64,000 nt of DNA, taken from assembly GCA_963714015.1 (NCBI GenBank), contig OY970223.1, positions 1,824,001 to 1,888,000 of the forward strand, read 5' to 3'. A program made the translations under genes and the position numbers. Origin of the DNA: Vulcanimicrobiota bacterium (GTDB lineage: Bacteria; Vulcanimicrobiota; Vulcanimicrobiia; Vulcanimicrobiales; Vulcanimicrobiaceae). The notes below the pieces were generated by a model. It was not told where the DNA came from. It saw nothing but the letters and a program-made list of their open reading frames with translations, and ran no database searches. Positions 41,078-49,948 of the stretch are shown here, in pieces (position 1 is the stretch's first letter; each line of letters opens with the position of its first letter).

Positions 41078-41112
41078 CCAAGCGTTCTCGGCAGCGTCAT
41101 CCCGGAGGTCTC

Positions 41113-43290
41113 GTGTTCCGTCCCAGCCGCGTCGCAGCATCGGTTGCATTTCACGTTTTTATCGCGCTGCCGTTGTGCTTGAGCACGGCTGGTCCGGCTA
41201 GCGCGGAAGCGGCACCTCCGAGTATTGCGGCGGCTCCAATGACATCTGCGCAGTTGAGCGCAGGCGACGGATCCGGCTGGAAGAATGCCCCGGAAATTGC
41301 GCTTGGCTATGATTTTACGTATCGCCGGCCCGAGAGCAACCCTTCAACGGCCCGCATCGCAGAAGACGGCAGTGCGCTTTATGTTGCATTCGAGGTTCGT
41401 CAGCCCGGCGGAATAACGGCGAATCAGCATACCAACGGCAGTTCCGTCTTGAATGACGATTACGTCGCCGTGCTATTGAACCCGCAGGGACAGCAAGGCT
41501 TTTCGTACGCGTTCTACGCCAATCCGATTGGAACGCGCTATCAAACTTCGAGCGAGAACAGCGCGTATGCGCCGGAATGGTCTGCAATCGGCAAGCGAAC
41601 CGCCGGCGGCTATGAAGTCACAATGCGCATTCCGCTGAACATCATTCGTTCCGGTGGTTCGAGCAGCTGGCGCGTTCAATTCGAAAGCTATTCCGTCGCG
41701 ACGAACTCCGTCGACATTTGGGCGTATTCGCCAATCGCCACGTCGCCGAACGATCCGACCTTCGAAGGGACGGTCACGGGCATCGGCATTGCGCCTGCGG
41801 GCTCGAAAGCGTCCGGGTTTTCGCGCAATCCCGCGCGCATGCAGCTCTACGCCTTGGGTGAATCCACGACGCCGGCAAACGGCGGAAGCACCTCGCGCCT
41901 CGGCGCGGATTTCTCGCTGCCGGTAACTCCAACCGCGTCATTCGTCGGCACGCTGCATCCGGATTATTCAAACGTCGAGACCGATCAACAGACGATTGCG
42001 CCCACCGCCTTCGAACGTCAGTATGCGGAAGTCCGTCCGTTCTTCACCCAGATGGCCCAGTTCTTCAACGGCCACTTCAGCTGCAGCAACTGTCCTCAAA
42101 CGCTGTACACGCCGGCAATTCCAGCCTTCGCGCAAGGATACGGCATCGAAGGCACGCAGGGACGATTCACGTTTGCGGGCTTCGATGCGCTCGGGTACCA
42201 GAGGACGGATCAAGCGCAAACGCTTAACTATTCATACGAAGATCCCAGGCAATCCGAAAATTGGGGCTTGCAGCGCGTTGCCGTAGACGCGTACGGCTTG
42301 AACGACGACACGACGACGCTTGACGGGGGATACCTGGACCAGCGCAATCATTTCGGCATTTACACCAACAACGGGTACGAATCGGGCAGTCTCGTCACCG
42401 ACACGGCCCTCGCCCAATATCACGATCTTGGGCTCATCTATCTGACGCAAACGACCATCGTGCAGGCCGGCATTCAGCGTATCGGCGCGCAGTTCTCGCC
42501 CTTGGACGGCTACGTTTCGCAGACCGATATTCTCGGCAATCAGGTCTACGCGCAGCACACGTTCACGTTCACGCCGAAATACTGGCTGCACGACCTTCAG
42601 ATTTCCGACTACTACGGCGATTATAGCAATCATCTAGGGCAAGTCGCGCAGGTCGACCAAGATCCGAATATCAATTTGGATTTTCGTAATCTTGTAAGTT
42701 TGCATCTTTTCACCAGCAGCAACGTCGATCGGACGCAAAACGGTGAGTTTTTGCCGTTCGACGGAAACGGCTTCCTATTGGGATATCGCGCCAATACCAA
42801 TACACCAAGTATAATCACCTACAACGGCGGGGAATACTATCACGGGCACATCAATGCATGGACCTACATGACGACGGTGCCAGTCACCCCGCGAGTGCAC
42901 CTCTCGCTCGAGGCGGATCGAGACGCGTATCTGAGCGTATGGCCGGGCGAATCGTCAAGCACGCAGTGGCTCGAACGCACCTCGCTGGATTGGCAGCCGA
43001 ATAGATTCACGCAGCTCGATTTGGGCCTGCGGCGCATCCTCGGGCCGAATATGCCCAACGCGTTTGAGCCGCTGACGTACGGCTCCATGTCGAATCCGAA
43101 CTCGCCCTGCTTCGCCGATCCGTACGCTGCGGGATGCTTCGTCAATGCGGGCAACGTGTCGATGGCGCTGCACTTCCTCGCGGCGCGCAACGAGTTTTAC
43201 CTCGTCTACGGAAACGCAAACAATCTCTCGACTGAGCCGGCGCTCTTTATAAAGTGGATTCGTTACTTGGGCGCCGAGAAGGGCACTTAA
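41113..43290 (+). CDS. Secreted CBM9/DOMON-like + DUF5916-like envelope protein (paralog 1)
   Basis: RBS GGAGG + GTG 41113; signal peptide; 'DDYVAV..P', 'GYEVTMRIPL'; 'LHPDYSNVE.DQQ..EVRPFFTQ'; beta-rich C-terminus. Confidence 0.75.
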   Translation: MFRPSRVAASVAFHVFIALPLCLSTAGPASAEAAPPSIAAAPMTSAQLSAGDGSGWKNAPEIALGYDFTYRRPESNPSTARIAEDGSALYVAFEVRQPGGITANQHTNGSSVLNDDYVAVLLNPQGQQGFSYAFYANPIGTRYQTSSENSAYAPEWSAIGKRTAGGYEVTMRIPLNIIRSGGSSSWRVQFESYSVATNSVDIWAYSPIATSPNDPTFEGTVTGIGIAPAGSKASGFSRNPARMQLYALGESTTPANGGSTSRLGADFSLPVTPTASFVGTLHPDYSNVETDQQTIAPTAFERQYAEVRPFFTQMAQFFNGHFSCSNCPQTLYTPAIPAFAQGYGIEGTQGRFTFAGFDALGYQRTDQAQTLNYSYEDPRQSENWGLQRVAVDAYGLNDDTTTLDGGYLDQRNHFGIYTNNGYESGSLVTDTALAQYHDLGLIYLTQTTIVQAGIQRIGAQFSPLDGYVSQTDILGNQVYAQHTFTFTPKYWLHDLQISDYYGDYSNHLGQVAQVDQDPNINLDFRNLVSLHLFTSSNVDRTQNGEFLPFDGNGFLLGYRANTNTPSIITYNGGEYYHGHINAWTYMTTVPVTPRVHLSLEADRDAYLSVWPGESSSTQWLERTSLDWQPNRFTQLDLGLRRILGPNMPNAFEPLTYGSMSNPNSPCFADPYAAGCFVNAGNVSMALHFLAARNEFYLVYGNANNLSTEPALFIKWIRYLGAEKGT

Positions 43291-43323
43291 GCGCGCCCTT
43301 TCATTGACTGTGGGTCGAAGGCA

Positions 43324-43638
43324 TCATCGATCGTGCTCTACGGCGGCGCGTAGGCGGCTTAACGCACCGTCCCACTGCTGCGAAATTTGTGCTAAGTAGC
43401 GGCGCGCTTCTTCGATGCGCTTGCGCTCGAGTTTCCAAATGTGTTCGCGCCCGCGGCGCTCGCTGCGCACGATGCCGGCATGTTTCAGGGCGTAAAGGTG
43501 TTTGGTAACGCCTTGCCTTGAAATGTCCGCGCCTTGCACAAGCTGCGTTATCGAAAGCGGTCCGTTTTTGCAGAGCTTCGTGACGATGTGTAGCCGCGTT
43601 TCGTCGCCCAGCGCGGCCATGACGGGCGCCAGGCTCAT
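43324..43638 (-). CDS. ArsR/SmtB family regulator
   Basis: 'ALGDETRL.I', 'ISRQGVTKHL..L..AGIV...RGRE'; ATGA overlap with the SRPBCC gene. Confidence 0.92.
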   Translation of the reverse strand: MSLAPVMAALGDETRLHIVTKLCKNGPLSITQLVQGADISRQGVTKHLYALKHAGIVRSERRGREHIWKLERKRIEEARRYLAQISQQWDGALSRLRAAVEHDR

Positions 43639-44135
43639 CTTTGGAACTGCACCAGGTATTTCTCGAGCACCTGCATCTGCATCGACCACCCTTCGCCGTT
43701 GGCTTCGAACGCGTTCGCTCGCCGTTCGATCGGGATGGCGTCGAATCCGGATTCAACGACAGTGAGCATCGTGCCCCCCTCGACGGCTTCCAGCGTGAAG
43801 GTCACGAGCGTCATCGGCTCGCGCGAATAGTCGACCGACGGATCGATGGCGAACGGATGCCATCGATAAGAGAATTTGCTCATCGGTACGATCTCTTCCA
43901 CAAAAAAGGAGAGCGCCATACCATTGAGTGACTCTTGCATTTTTGCAACGTCTTCGTCGACGAGCGTTGGTTTGATCCGCCCGCGTATTTCCGCTCCGGG
44001 CCTGAATTCTCCATGCAGTTCCATGCCGAACCAGTCGCCGAATTCCGAGGCGCCGGCGAGGGCGCGCCAGACGCGATCCTGCGGCGCGCGCAGCAGTATG
44101 CGCTTCTCGATTCGGTCGGTCGTCGCCGTCATCAT
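43635..44135 (-). CDS. SRPBCC/AHSA1 family protein
   Basis: 'IEKRILLRAP.DRVWRAL', 'TLVTFTL..GTMLTVVESGF', 'EGW'; RBS AGGAGG. Confidence 0.92.
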   Translation of the reverse strand: MMTATTDRIEKRILLRAPQDRVWRALAGASEFGDWFGMELHGEFRPGAEIRGRIKPTLVDEDVAKMQESLNGMALSFFVEEIVPMSKFSYRWHPFAIDPSVDYSREPMTLVTFTLEAVEGGTMLTVVESGFDAIPIERRANAFEANGEGWSMQMQVLEKYLVQFQR

Positions 44136-44137
44136 AC

Positions 44138-44199
44138 GCAACCTCCTAGTTGCCTGTTAGCGTAACACTCTTCGGTTCTAAATGCAACCAGGGAGTTGC
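44138..44199. promoter_or_regulatory. Two GCAAC-N6-GTTGC operators upstream of SRPBCC-ArsR
   Basis: GCAACCTCCTAGTTGC (44138-53, overlapping the RBS) and GCAACCAGGGAGTTGC (44184-99). Confidence 0.75.
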
Positions 44200-44241
44200 G
44201 CTATTGCGGTGCGCTGCGCGCCGTGCCCTGGTTGGGCGAGC

Positions 44242-46069
44242 CTAAGGTGAAGACGACTGGCGCAGTAATAGTTCGCTGGGACTGCTCGTGCGGCCGTTTG
44301 GAAGCACGGTTACAGCGGTTACATCGATTGGCGAGGCGGATGGAAGATTGAATTCAAGCGGACCGGTATAAATGCGGGACTTCGCAGTGGGCGTGCTGCC
44401 GTCAGTCGTGTAGTGAATAGCGGCGCCGTCGATTGCGGCGCGCATCGTGATGCTCGCCGAGGAACCGTCGCTGTACGCGTCTACGGTTCGCACGCTTTGT
44501 GAGACGTTCGCGAAGTGCAGATGTGATGCTTCTATCGCAAACTCCGGATTCGGAATCCGGAAGTTGTAACCGTCACGCTGCAGCCACCCGTACTGCGCTG
44601 CGCTTCGAATTTCAAAAAGACTCCAGTTCAAGAGCGAGTGCGGCAGCCACGCGATTTCGCTGAGCGCCAGTTCGCGCGGCAGCAGCATGTAGAAGAGGTA
44701 GCTCGGCGTATCGATATACTCCGTCCAGAGGTTGCCTTGCACGCCGATGATGTGTTTGGCCTGCGCGGGGGTTAGAACCGGCGGAGTCGGATTATAGCCG
44801 TAGACCATTTCGGGCGTTGAAAGATTGCCGATCGCTTCCGGTTCGTCGTTCGGATCGCCTTGATACGCGTCGAAGTATAGCGGACCGTCGGGCGACATGA
44901 TCGCGTCGTTGCCGCGGCGCGCCGCGCGAATTCCGCCTGTCGTGCCGCGCCAGGACATCACGGTGGCTGTTTTCGTGACGCCGCCATCCAGGATTTCGTC
45001 CCAACCCACCATGCGCCGGCCTTTGCTTTGCAAGAAGCGCTCGATGCGCCGATCGAAATAGCCCTGGACCTGATCGTAGGTTTTCAGATGTTCGCGCCGC
45101 ATGACTGCGTGCACGATCGCACTGTTGTGCCACTCGTCCTTCGGTGTTTCATCGCCCCCTATATGGATGTACTTGCCGGGGAAAAGATCGATTACTTCCG
45201 AGAGCACGTTTTCAAGAAAATTGAACGTGTAGGCGGAGGGGCAATAGATGTCGGTGCTCACGCCCCATGTCTCACGAACCTCAAAGGGTCCGGGCGTGCA
45301 GGCGAGCTTCGGATATGCCGCCACCGCGGCGGAGGAATGGCCCGGCATCTCGATCTCCGGGACCACTGTGACGTACCGCTTAGCGGCGTATGCGACGACG
45401 TCGCGGATTTGCTGCTGCGTGTAATAGCCGCAATAGCGCTTGTCGTCAATCGTCGTAGCGTCGCCGTTCATCTCCGTTCCGGCGCGGCACGATCCGACTT
45501 CGGTAAGGCGCGGATAACGGTTTATTTGAATGCGCCAGCCTTGGTCGTCGGTCAGGTGCCAGTGAAACGTATTGAGTCTTGTAGTGCGCGGCGACATCGA
45601 TGTACTTTTCGACGATCGGAACGGTGTAAAAGTGACGGCTCACGTCGAGCATGACGCCGCGCCAGCGCAACGCCGGTCTGTCGATAATGTCGACGCCTGC
45701 GATCGATGAACTGCCGGACATCAACTGCTCCAGCGTTTGCACGCCGTAGAAGAGGCCGGCGCCGCCGTTCGCGCGGATCGTTACGCCGCCGAAGCCTGCG
45801 TGCAGCGTGTAACCTTCGGTTCCCAGCTCCGGCAACGGCGTAGCGGCGACCAGCGCGATGCCGTTTGCCGGCATTTGCGCAACGATTTGCGCCTGCACGC
45901 CGCGTTGCTGTAGGAAAGCTTGCAAAAAGGCGGCGGCGTTGCGCTCGGCCGGAGTCTGCGCGCCGATCGCCACGCTTTGCGGAAGGCCGTAGCGTTGTCC
46001 GTTCAGCCGGATGGAGCGCGGAAACGGAACGATTGCGGGTATGGACGCGAGCGCAATGGCGGTCAGCAT
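44242..46069 (-). CDS. GH20 beta-N-acetylhexosaminidase with C-terminal chitobiase/FN3-like domain (frameshift at ~45577)
   Basis: 'WRGVMLDVSRHF', 'FHWHLTDDQGWR', 'PEIEMPGH', catalytic 'HIGGDE', 'IHYTTDGSTPT'; one extra base joins the two ORFs. Confidence 0.93.
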
Positions 46070-46130
46070 GGCGACTTGTTGTAAGGCTCCGTTTGCCTCG
46101 CCTGCAGGGTGACAACGGTTCGGCATTCTA

Positions 46131-46190
46131 AACTAAAGAATTAATTGACAGGCAGGCTCCCATGCGCTAATATGAACTAAACAATTAGTT
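46131..46190 (+). promoter_or_regulatory. Sigma70 promoter flanked by two palindromic operators
   Basis: AACTAA-AGAA-TTAATT (46131-46); TTGACA (46145-50), 17 nt, TAATAT (46168-73); AACTAA-ACAA-TTAGTT (46175-90). Confidence 0.8.
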
Positions 46191-46231
46191 AATTACCGCC
46201 ACGGCCTCAATAGGCCTGAAGGCTTAAATTT

Positions 46232-48295
46232 ATGTTGTCAGTTTTGGTTCTTGCCGCGGTAACTGCCGGCGGCGCCCTCGCGGTCCCGGCGGGCGGCCCT
46301 CCACTCGCACCGTCGGACGCCGCTCCGTGGGCGTCGTCGGCAAATGCCGCGCTCACTTGGGACGTCGTGCACCGGGAAGCGGCTTCGGAAACTACCGTCG
46401 CGCACGTGGAAACCGACGGGAAATTTCTGTACGTGCGCTTCGATGCGCGGCAGCGCGAAGCCATTGCCGCCGCTCAACACAGCAACGACGTCGGACAAGG
46501 GAATGACGACGCGGTGTGGATCGACCTGTGGCCGAACGGAACGCACGGATATTTTTATCAGTTCGAGGCTACGCCGAACGGTACGCATTACGAAGCGTCA
46601 TCGGAGAACACGTCGTACTCGCCGAATTGGCAATCTTACGGATCGCCTACGACCGGCGGATACGCCGTCACGATGAAGATTCCGCTCGAGGCGATCCGGG
46701 GCGTGCATGCAGGCAAATGGACGGCGCAATTCGTTCGCTACGTGCATGCGACGGGCGCCGAATACGTCTGGACCTACGATCCGGCACAGAATTCACCTGA
46801 CGACGTTGCGCGCGCCGGCTCGATCGCGATGCCGGCGCTCGTTCAAGCAACCGCAGACCGCCCGAAACCGCGTGTCGCACTGTACGCCCTCGGCGATGCA
46901 GTGCCGCAGGCTTACGGCGGCAATACGTCGCGCGTGGGCGCGGATATTTCGATACCGGTGACGGCGACGTCGTCCTTTTACTCGACGCTGCATCCCGATT
47001 ATTCGAACGTCGAACTCGACCAGCAGTCGATCTCGCCGACGGTGTATTCGCGCTATTACAGCGAAGTGCGGCCGTTCTTTACGCAGGCGGCGAACTTCTA
47101 CAACAATTTCAATTGCGATGCTTGCCCGAACATTCAGGGCCTGTACACGCCGGCGATTCCGACACCGCGAGAGGGCTATGCATTCGAAGGTAAGCAGGGA
47201 CTTTATTCGTTTGCGGCATTTGATGCCATCGGCGATCGACGGACGGACATAGCAAGCGCGCTGGACTACAGCTCGCCCGACACGCGCTGGCAGGCATCCG
47301 CAATGCGCGTCAACGTGAACATGCCCGGTTTCATCGACACGACGACCGAGACGGGAGTCGCATACAACGACCTCAAGCACTTCTCGCTGTACGCGAACAC
47401 GGGCCACGACTCCGGTACCAACGTGTCGGACGGATCGCAAAGTCAGTGGTACGACGCGGGCGGCGGCTGGCTGGGCAAGACGTTCGGCCTGTTCGGATCG
47501 GTTCGCAAAATCGGCCAATACTACGATCCGGAAGACGGCTTCATCTCCCATCCGGGTATCGCCGGTTATGCGCTCTACTCTGCCAAAATTTTTGACTTCT
47601 CGCCGAATTCGGAGATGGAATCGGCGGGTATTGCGGGATTCGTCGATCGATACCAGGGACCAGCGCTCGGCAGCGCTCAAAGCGACAACTCGCTCACGGC
47701 CGACTTTTTGACCAAGAGCGGATTGGATCTGCAACTGGACAGTGGTTCGGATTACTGGCGGTTCGGCAATTTACTCGAGCCGATCTCGCAGAACGCGGGC
47801 TTTCAGTTCACCTATCACAGCGGCTTGCAGACGAACAATCCCGGGAACTTCCCCAATCACGGATCGTCGGCGACGCCGACGCAGATTGCGTATTTTACAG
47901 GGCGTTACGGTGACGGACGGCTGGACACGTGGACGCGCAACTCGACCGTGCGCGCAGGAACGCGCGGTTTGTTGACGCTTACCGTCGACGACACCGCTCA
48001 GTGGATGCCTTCGGCGCCGAGCAACGTGCAATGGTTCGACAGCCTCAGTTACGCCTATCAAGTGGGTTCGAATTCATCGATCGCGCTGGGCGTGCGTAAA
48101 GTCGTAGGCTTGCCGCCCCTGCCCAACGGCGGCGGAGACTGCATCGGAACGTGCACGAATCTCTCGCTCGCGTATCATCTGCGGCTGAGCAAGAGCGAAC
48201 TGTACTTTGCCTACGGCGATCCCAACACCCTCACGACTGTGCCGCAGGTCATCATGAAAATGATCTTTTACGAGGGGGCGCAGAAAGGCACTTAG
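46232..48295 (+). CDS. Secreted CBM9/DOMON-like + DUF5916-like envelope protein (paralog 2)
   Basis: Colinear with 41113-43290: 'SSEN..Y.P.W', 'LHPDYSNVELDQQ', 'EVRPFFTQ', CxxCP, 'GA.KGT' end. Confidence 0.78.
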   Translation: MLSVLVLAAVTAGGALAVPAGGPPLAPSDAAPWASSANAALTWDVVHREAASETTVAHVETDGKFLYVRFDARQREAIAAAQHSNDVGQGNDDAVWIDLWPNGTHGYFYQFEATPNGTHYEASSENTSYSPNWQSYGSPTTGGYAVTMKIPLEAIRGVHAGKWTAQFVRYVHATGAEYVWTYDPAQNSPDDVARAGSIAMPALVQATADRPKPRVALYALGDAVPQAYGGNTSRVGADISIPVTATSSFYSTLHPDYSNVELDQQSISPTVYSRYYSEVRPFFTQAANFYNNFNCDACPNIQGLYTPAIPTPREGYAFEGKQGLYSFAAFDAIGDRRTDIASALDYSSPDTRWQASAMRVNVNMPGFIDTTTETGVAYNDLKHFSLYANTGHDSGTNVSDGSQSQWYDAGGGWLGKTFGLFGSVRKIGQYYDPEDGFISHPGIAGYALYSAKIFDFSPNSEMESAGIAGFVDRYQGPALGSAQSDNSLTADFLTKSGLDLQLDSGSDYWRFGNLLEPISQNAGFQFTYHSGLQTNNPGNFPNHGSSATPTQIAYFTGRYGDGRLDTWTRNSTVRAGTRGLLTLTVDDTAQWMPSAPSNVQWFDSLSYAYQVGSNSSIALGVRKVVGLPPLPNGGGDCIGTCTNLSLAYHLRLSKSELYFAYGDPNTLTTVPQVIMKMIFYEGAQKGT

Positions 48296-48411
48296 GCGGC
48301 GACGTCCGGCAGCAGATCGCGCATGCCTGCATCACGGTGAAACAGCGGCCATCCATGCGAGGTAATATGGGGCGTCCGATAGTACTCGGAGCAAGAGAGA
48401 AGGAGCATCGC

Positions 48412-48903
48412 ATGAATCTCATCAGTCCCCTCAAACGGACCGCTCTGGCATGCGCTTTGGCGGTTACGGTCGCTATGAGCGCGTTCGCGCCGGCCAATGC
48501 GTTCTTGGACAAGACCCGGTTTGTTGCGCATTTAGGCGTGGCGTATTTCTGCTTCCATCATTGGGTATGGAAGCCGTATCAGGCGGGCGACTTTGCCGAA
48601 GGTGCGCCTCACCGCACGGCGACGATTGTCAAAGGCGGCGCGGCGCTATTGTTCGCGGTTCATGAAGTGCGGGTTGCTCAGCGCATTGCACAAAAGAGTA
48701 AGGATCCGCTGCTGCAGAAGCTCGACGGCGGCGTCAGTAATCTCATCGCCTCCTTCGGAACGATCGGCTCGAAATTGAAATCCGGTCAGTTCGATCCGAA
48801 AGACGTGCAAAACCTCAACGGGCTAACGACGACCTTCGGATCGCAGGCGGCCGCCGAGGGAGCGACGATCAAGGACGTGCCGGCGACCGTTCCCGGACAG
48901 TAA
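48412..48903 (+). CDS. Secreted hypothetical protein
   Basis: RBS AAGGAG; signal peptide ending APANA; 'KTRFV.H.G..HHWVWKPY'. Confidence 0.8.
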   Translation: MNLISPLKRTALACALAVTVAMSAFAPANAFLDKTRFVAHLGVAYFCFHHWVWKPYQAGDFAEGAPHRTATIVKGGAALLFAVHEVRVAQRIAQKSKDPLLQKLDGGVSNLIASFGTIGSKLKSGQFDPKDVQNLNGLTTTFGSQAAAEGATIKDVPATVPGQ

Positions 48904-48910
48904 CGCCGCA

Positions 48911-49375
48911 TTATTTCAACGTTAGAACGTACTGCGCAACGTCGTGCAGATCGCGTTTCGACATCTTCCAGCGCGGCATCACCGGATTGAGCGGCTGACC
49001 GGTGTTGTCGATTCCGGTAGAGACGGCGCGCTCGAGCAGCGCAATGGTATAGGGCGGTTTCTGATCGGTGACGAGCGCCTTGCGGCGCAGGTCCGCGCTC
49101 ACGGCGTTACCGGTAATGTGTAAACCGCCCGCGCCGTTTGCTCCATGGCATGCGGCGCACGACGGCCGCAGCGGAGGATGCGCTGCCGTCATTTGACGCC
49201 CCTCGCTATCGCGGCCGGTTTGAAAAATGAGACGTCCGTTAGCCGTCGGCGAGTAACCCGCGGTTGTCGCGGGCGCCGCGGCCGCCGAAGACTTTGACGA
49301 AGCATTGGAGTCGTTGTGGGAGCCGCATCCGGCAAAGACGCAGCATACGGCGATTGCCAAGATGGTGGTCTTCAT
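48911..49375 (-). CDS. Monoheme cytochrome c lipoprotein
   Basis: Lipobox FAGC; CxxCH 'CAACH'; candidate distal Met in 'VMPRW'. Confidence 0.88.
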   Translation of the reverse strand: MKTTILAIAVCCVFAGCGSHNDSNASSKSSAAAAPATTAGYSPTANGRLIFQTGRDSEGRQMTAAHPPLRPSCAACHGANGAGGLHITGNAVSADLRRKALVTDQKPPYTIALLERAVSTGIDNTGQPLNPVMPRWKMSKRDLHDVAQYVLTLK

Positions 49376-49437
49376 GTATCGCAGTGTACCCTAATCGCCC
49401 GGTGGCGCAAATCACCGAAAAACGGTATGCTTGAACC

Positions 49438-49635
49438 ATGCAGAAGGGCGAACGAATCGAGCTGCAATTCGACGAGGAAAGCAAACCGATTCCGGTGCGG
49501 TTCGTCGTTGAAGACGCGGACGGCTGGGTCGGCGTGACGACCGAACTGGAATACGAATCGGCGTGCCTGCGAGGCGCCGAGCCGGAGGCGCTATTGCGAG
49601 TTCCCGTCAGCCAAATCGTCGGCGGTATGCATTGA
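49438..49635 (+). CDS. Small acidic hypothetical protein
   Basis: 65-aa ORF with protein-like composition, divergent from the cytochrome gene. Confidence 0.6.
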   Translation: MQKGERIELQFDEESKPIPVRFVVEDADGWVGVTTELEYESACLRGAEPEALLRVPVSQIVGGMH

Positions 49636-49760
49636 GCGCATCGTGGCGGCGTAAGGATTTTGGAAAAGCAAGCGGCGTGGGGTAGCCGGAAGGCTCGCGC
49701 AGTCCGATGGTTCTTATAGTCCTTACGGAGGCTCGACACTTTCCGGATGGAACGAGATAG

Positions 49761-49788
49761 GGAATGCGCTGCGGCGCGTTCCTTTTTT
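49761..49788 (+). terminator. Rho-independent terminator
   Basis: GGAATGCGC-TGCG-GCGCGTTCC stem followed by TTTTTT. Confidence 0.75.
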
Positions 49789-49803
49789 CTTTGGCTGTTC
49801 GGA
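49781..49803 (+). repeat. Direct repeat, left copy (candidate attL)
   Basis: CCTTTTTTCTTTGGCTGTTCGGA, 22/23 identical to 53704-53726. Confidence 0.75.
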
Positions 49804-49948
49804 GTTTATGGTAGTTCATGCCGAGTTGGGAAACGATTTCCTGCCGTCGCAGGCTTGTTGGAAGTCAACCGCTTGCGTGCGAAGGGCCTTATCAAGCTGA
49901 CGATTGCATTCACGGCAAGACATTTCAGCGCAATGAGGCCGTCGGTCT

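Noticed and set aside
41068..41112. ORF-track start of the CBM9-like paralog 1, and other long upstream starts (29704, 29511, 35651, 59182, 9099)
   Set aside because: They overlap a promoter or neighbouring genes; downstream starts fit RBS position or family N-termini better
49686..49760. FMN riboswitch or SRP RNA (TCCGGATGG and CCGGAAGG motifs)
   Set aside because: The remaining conserved cores are absent; kept only as an unclassified structured element
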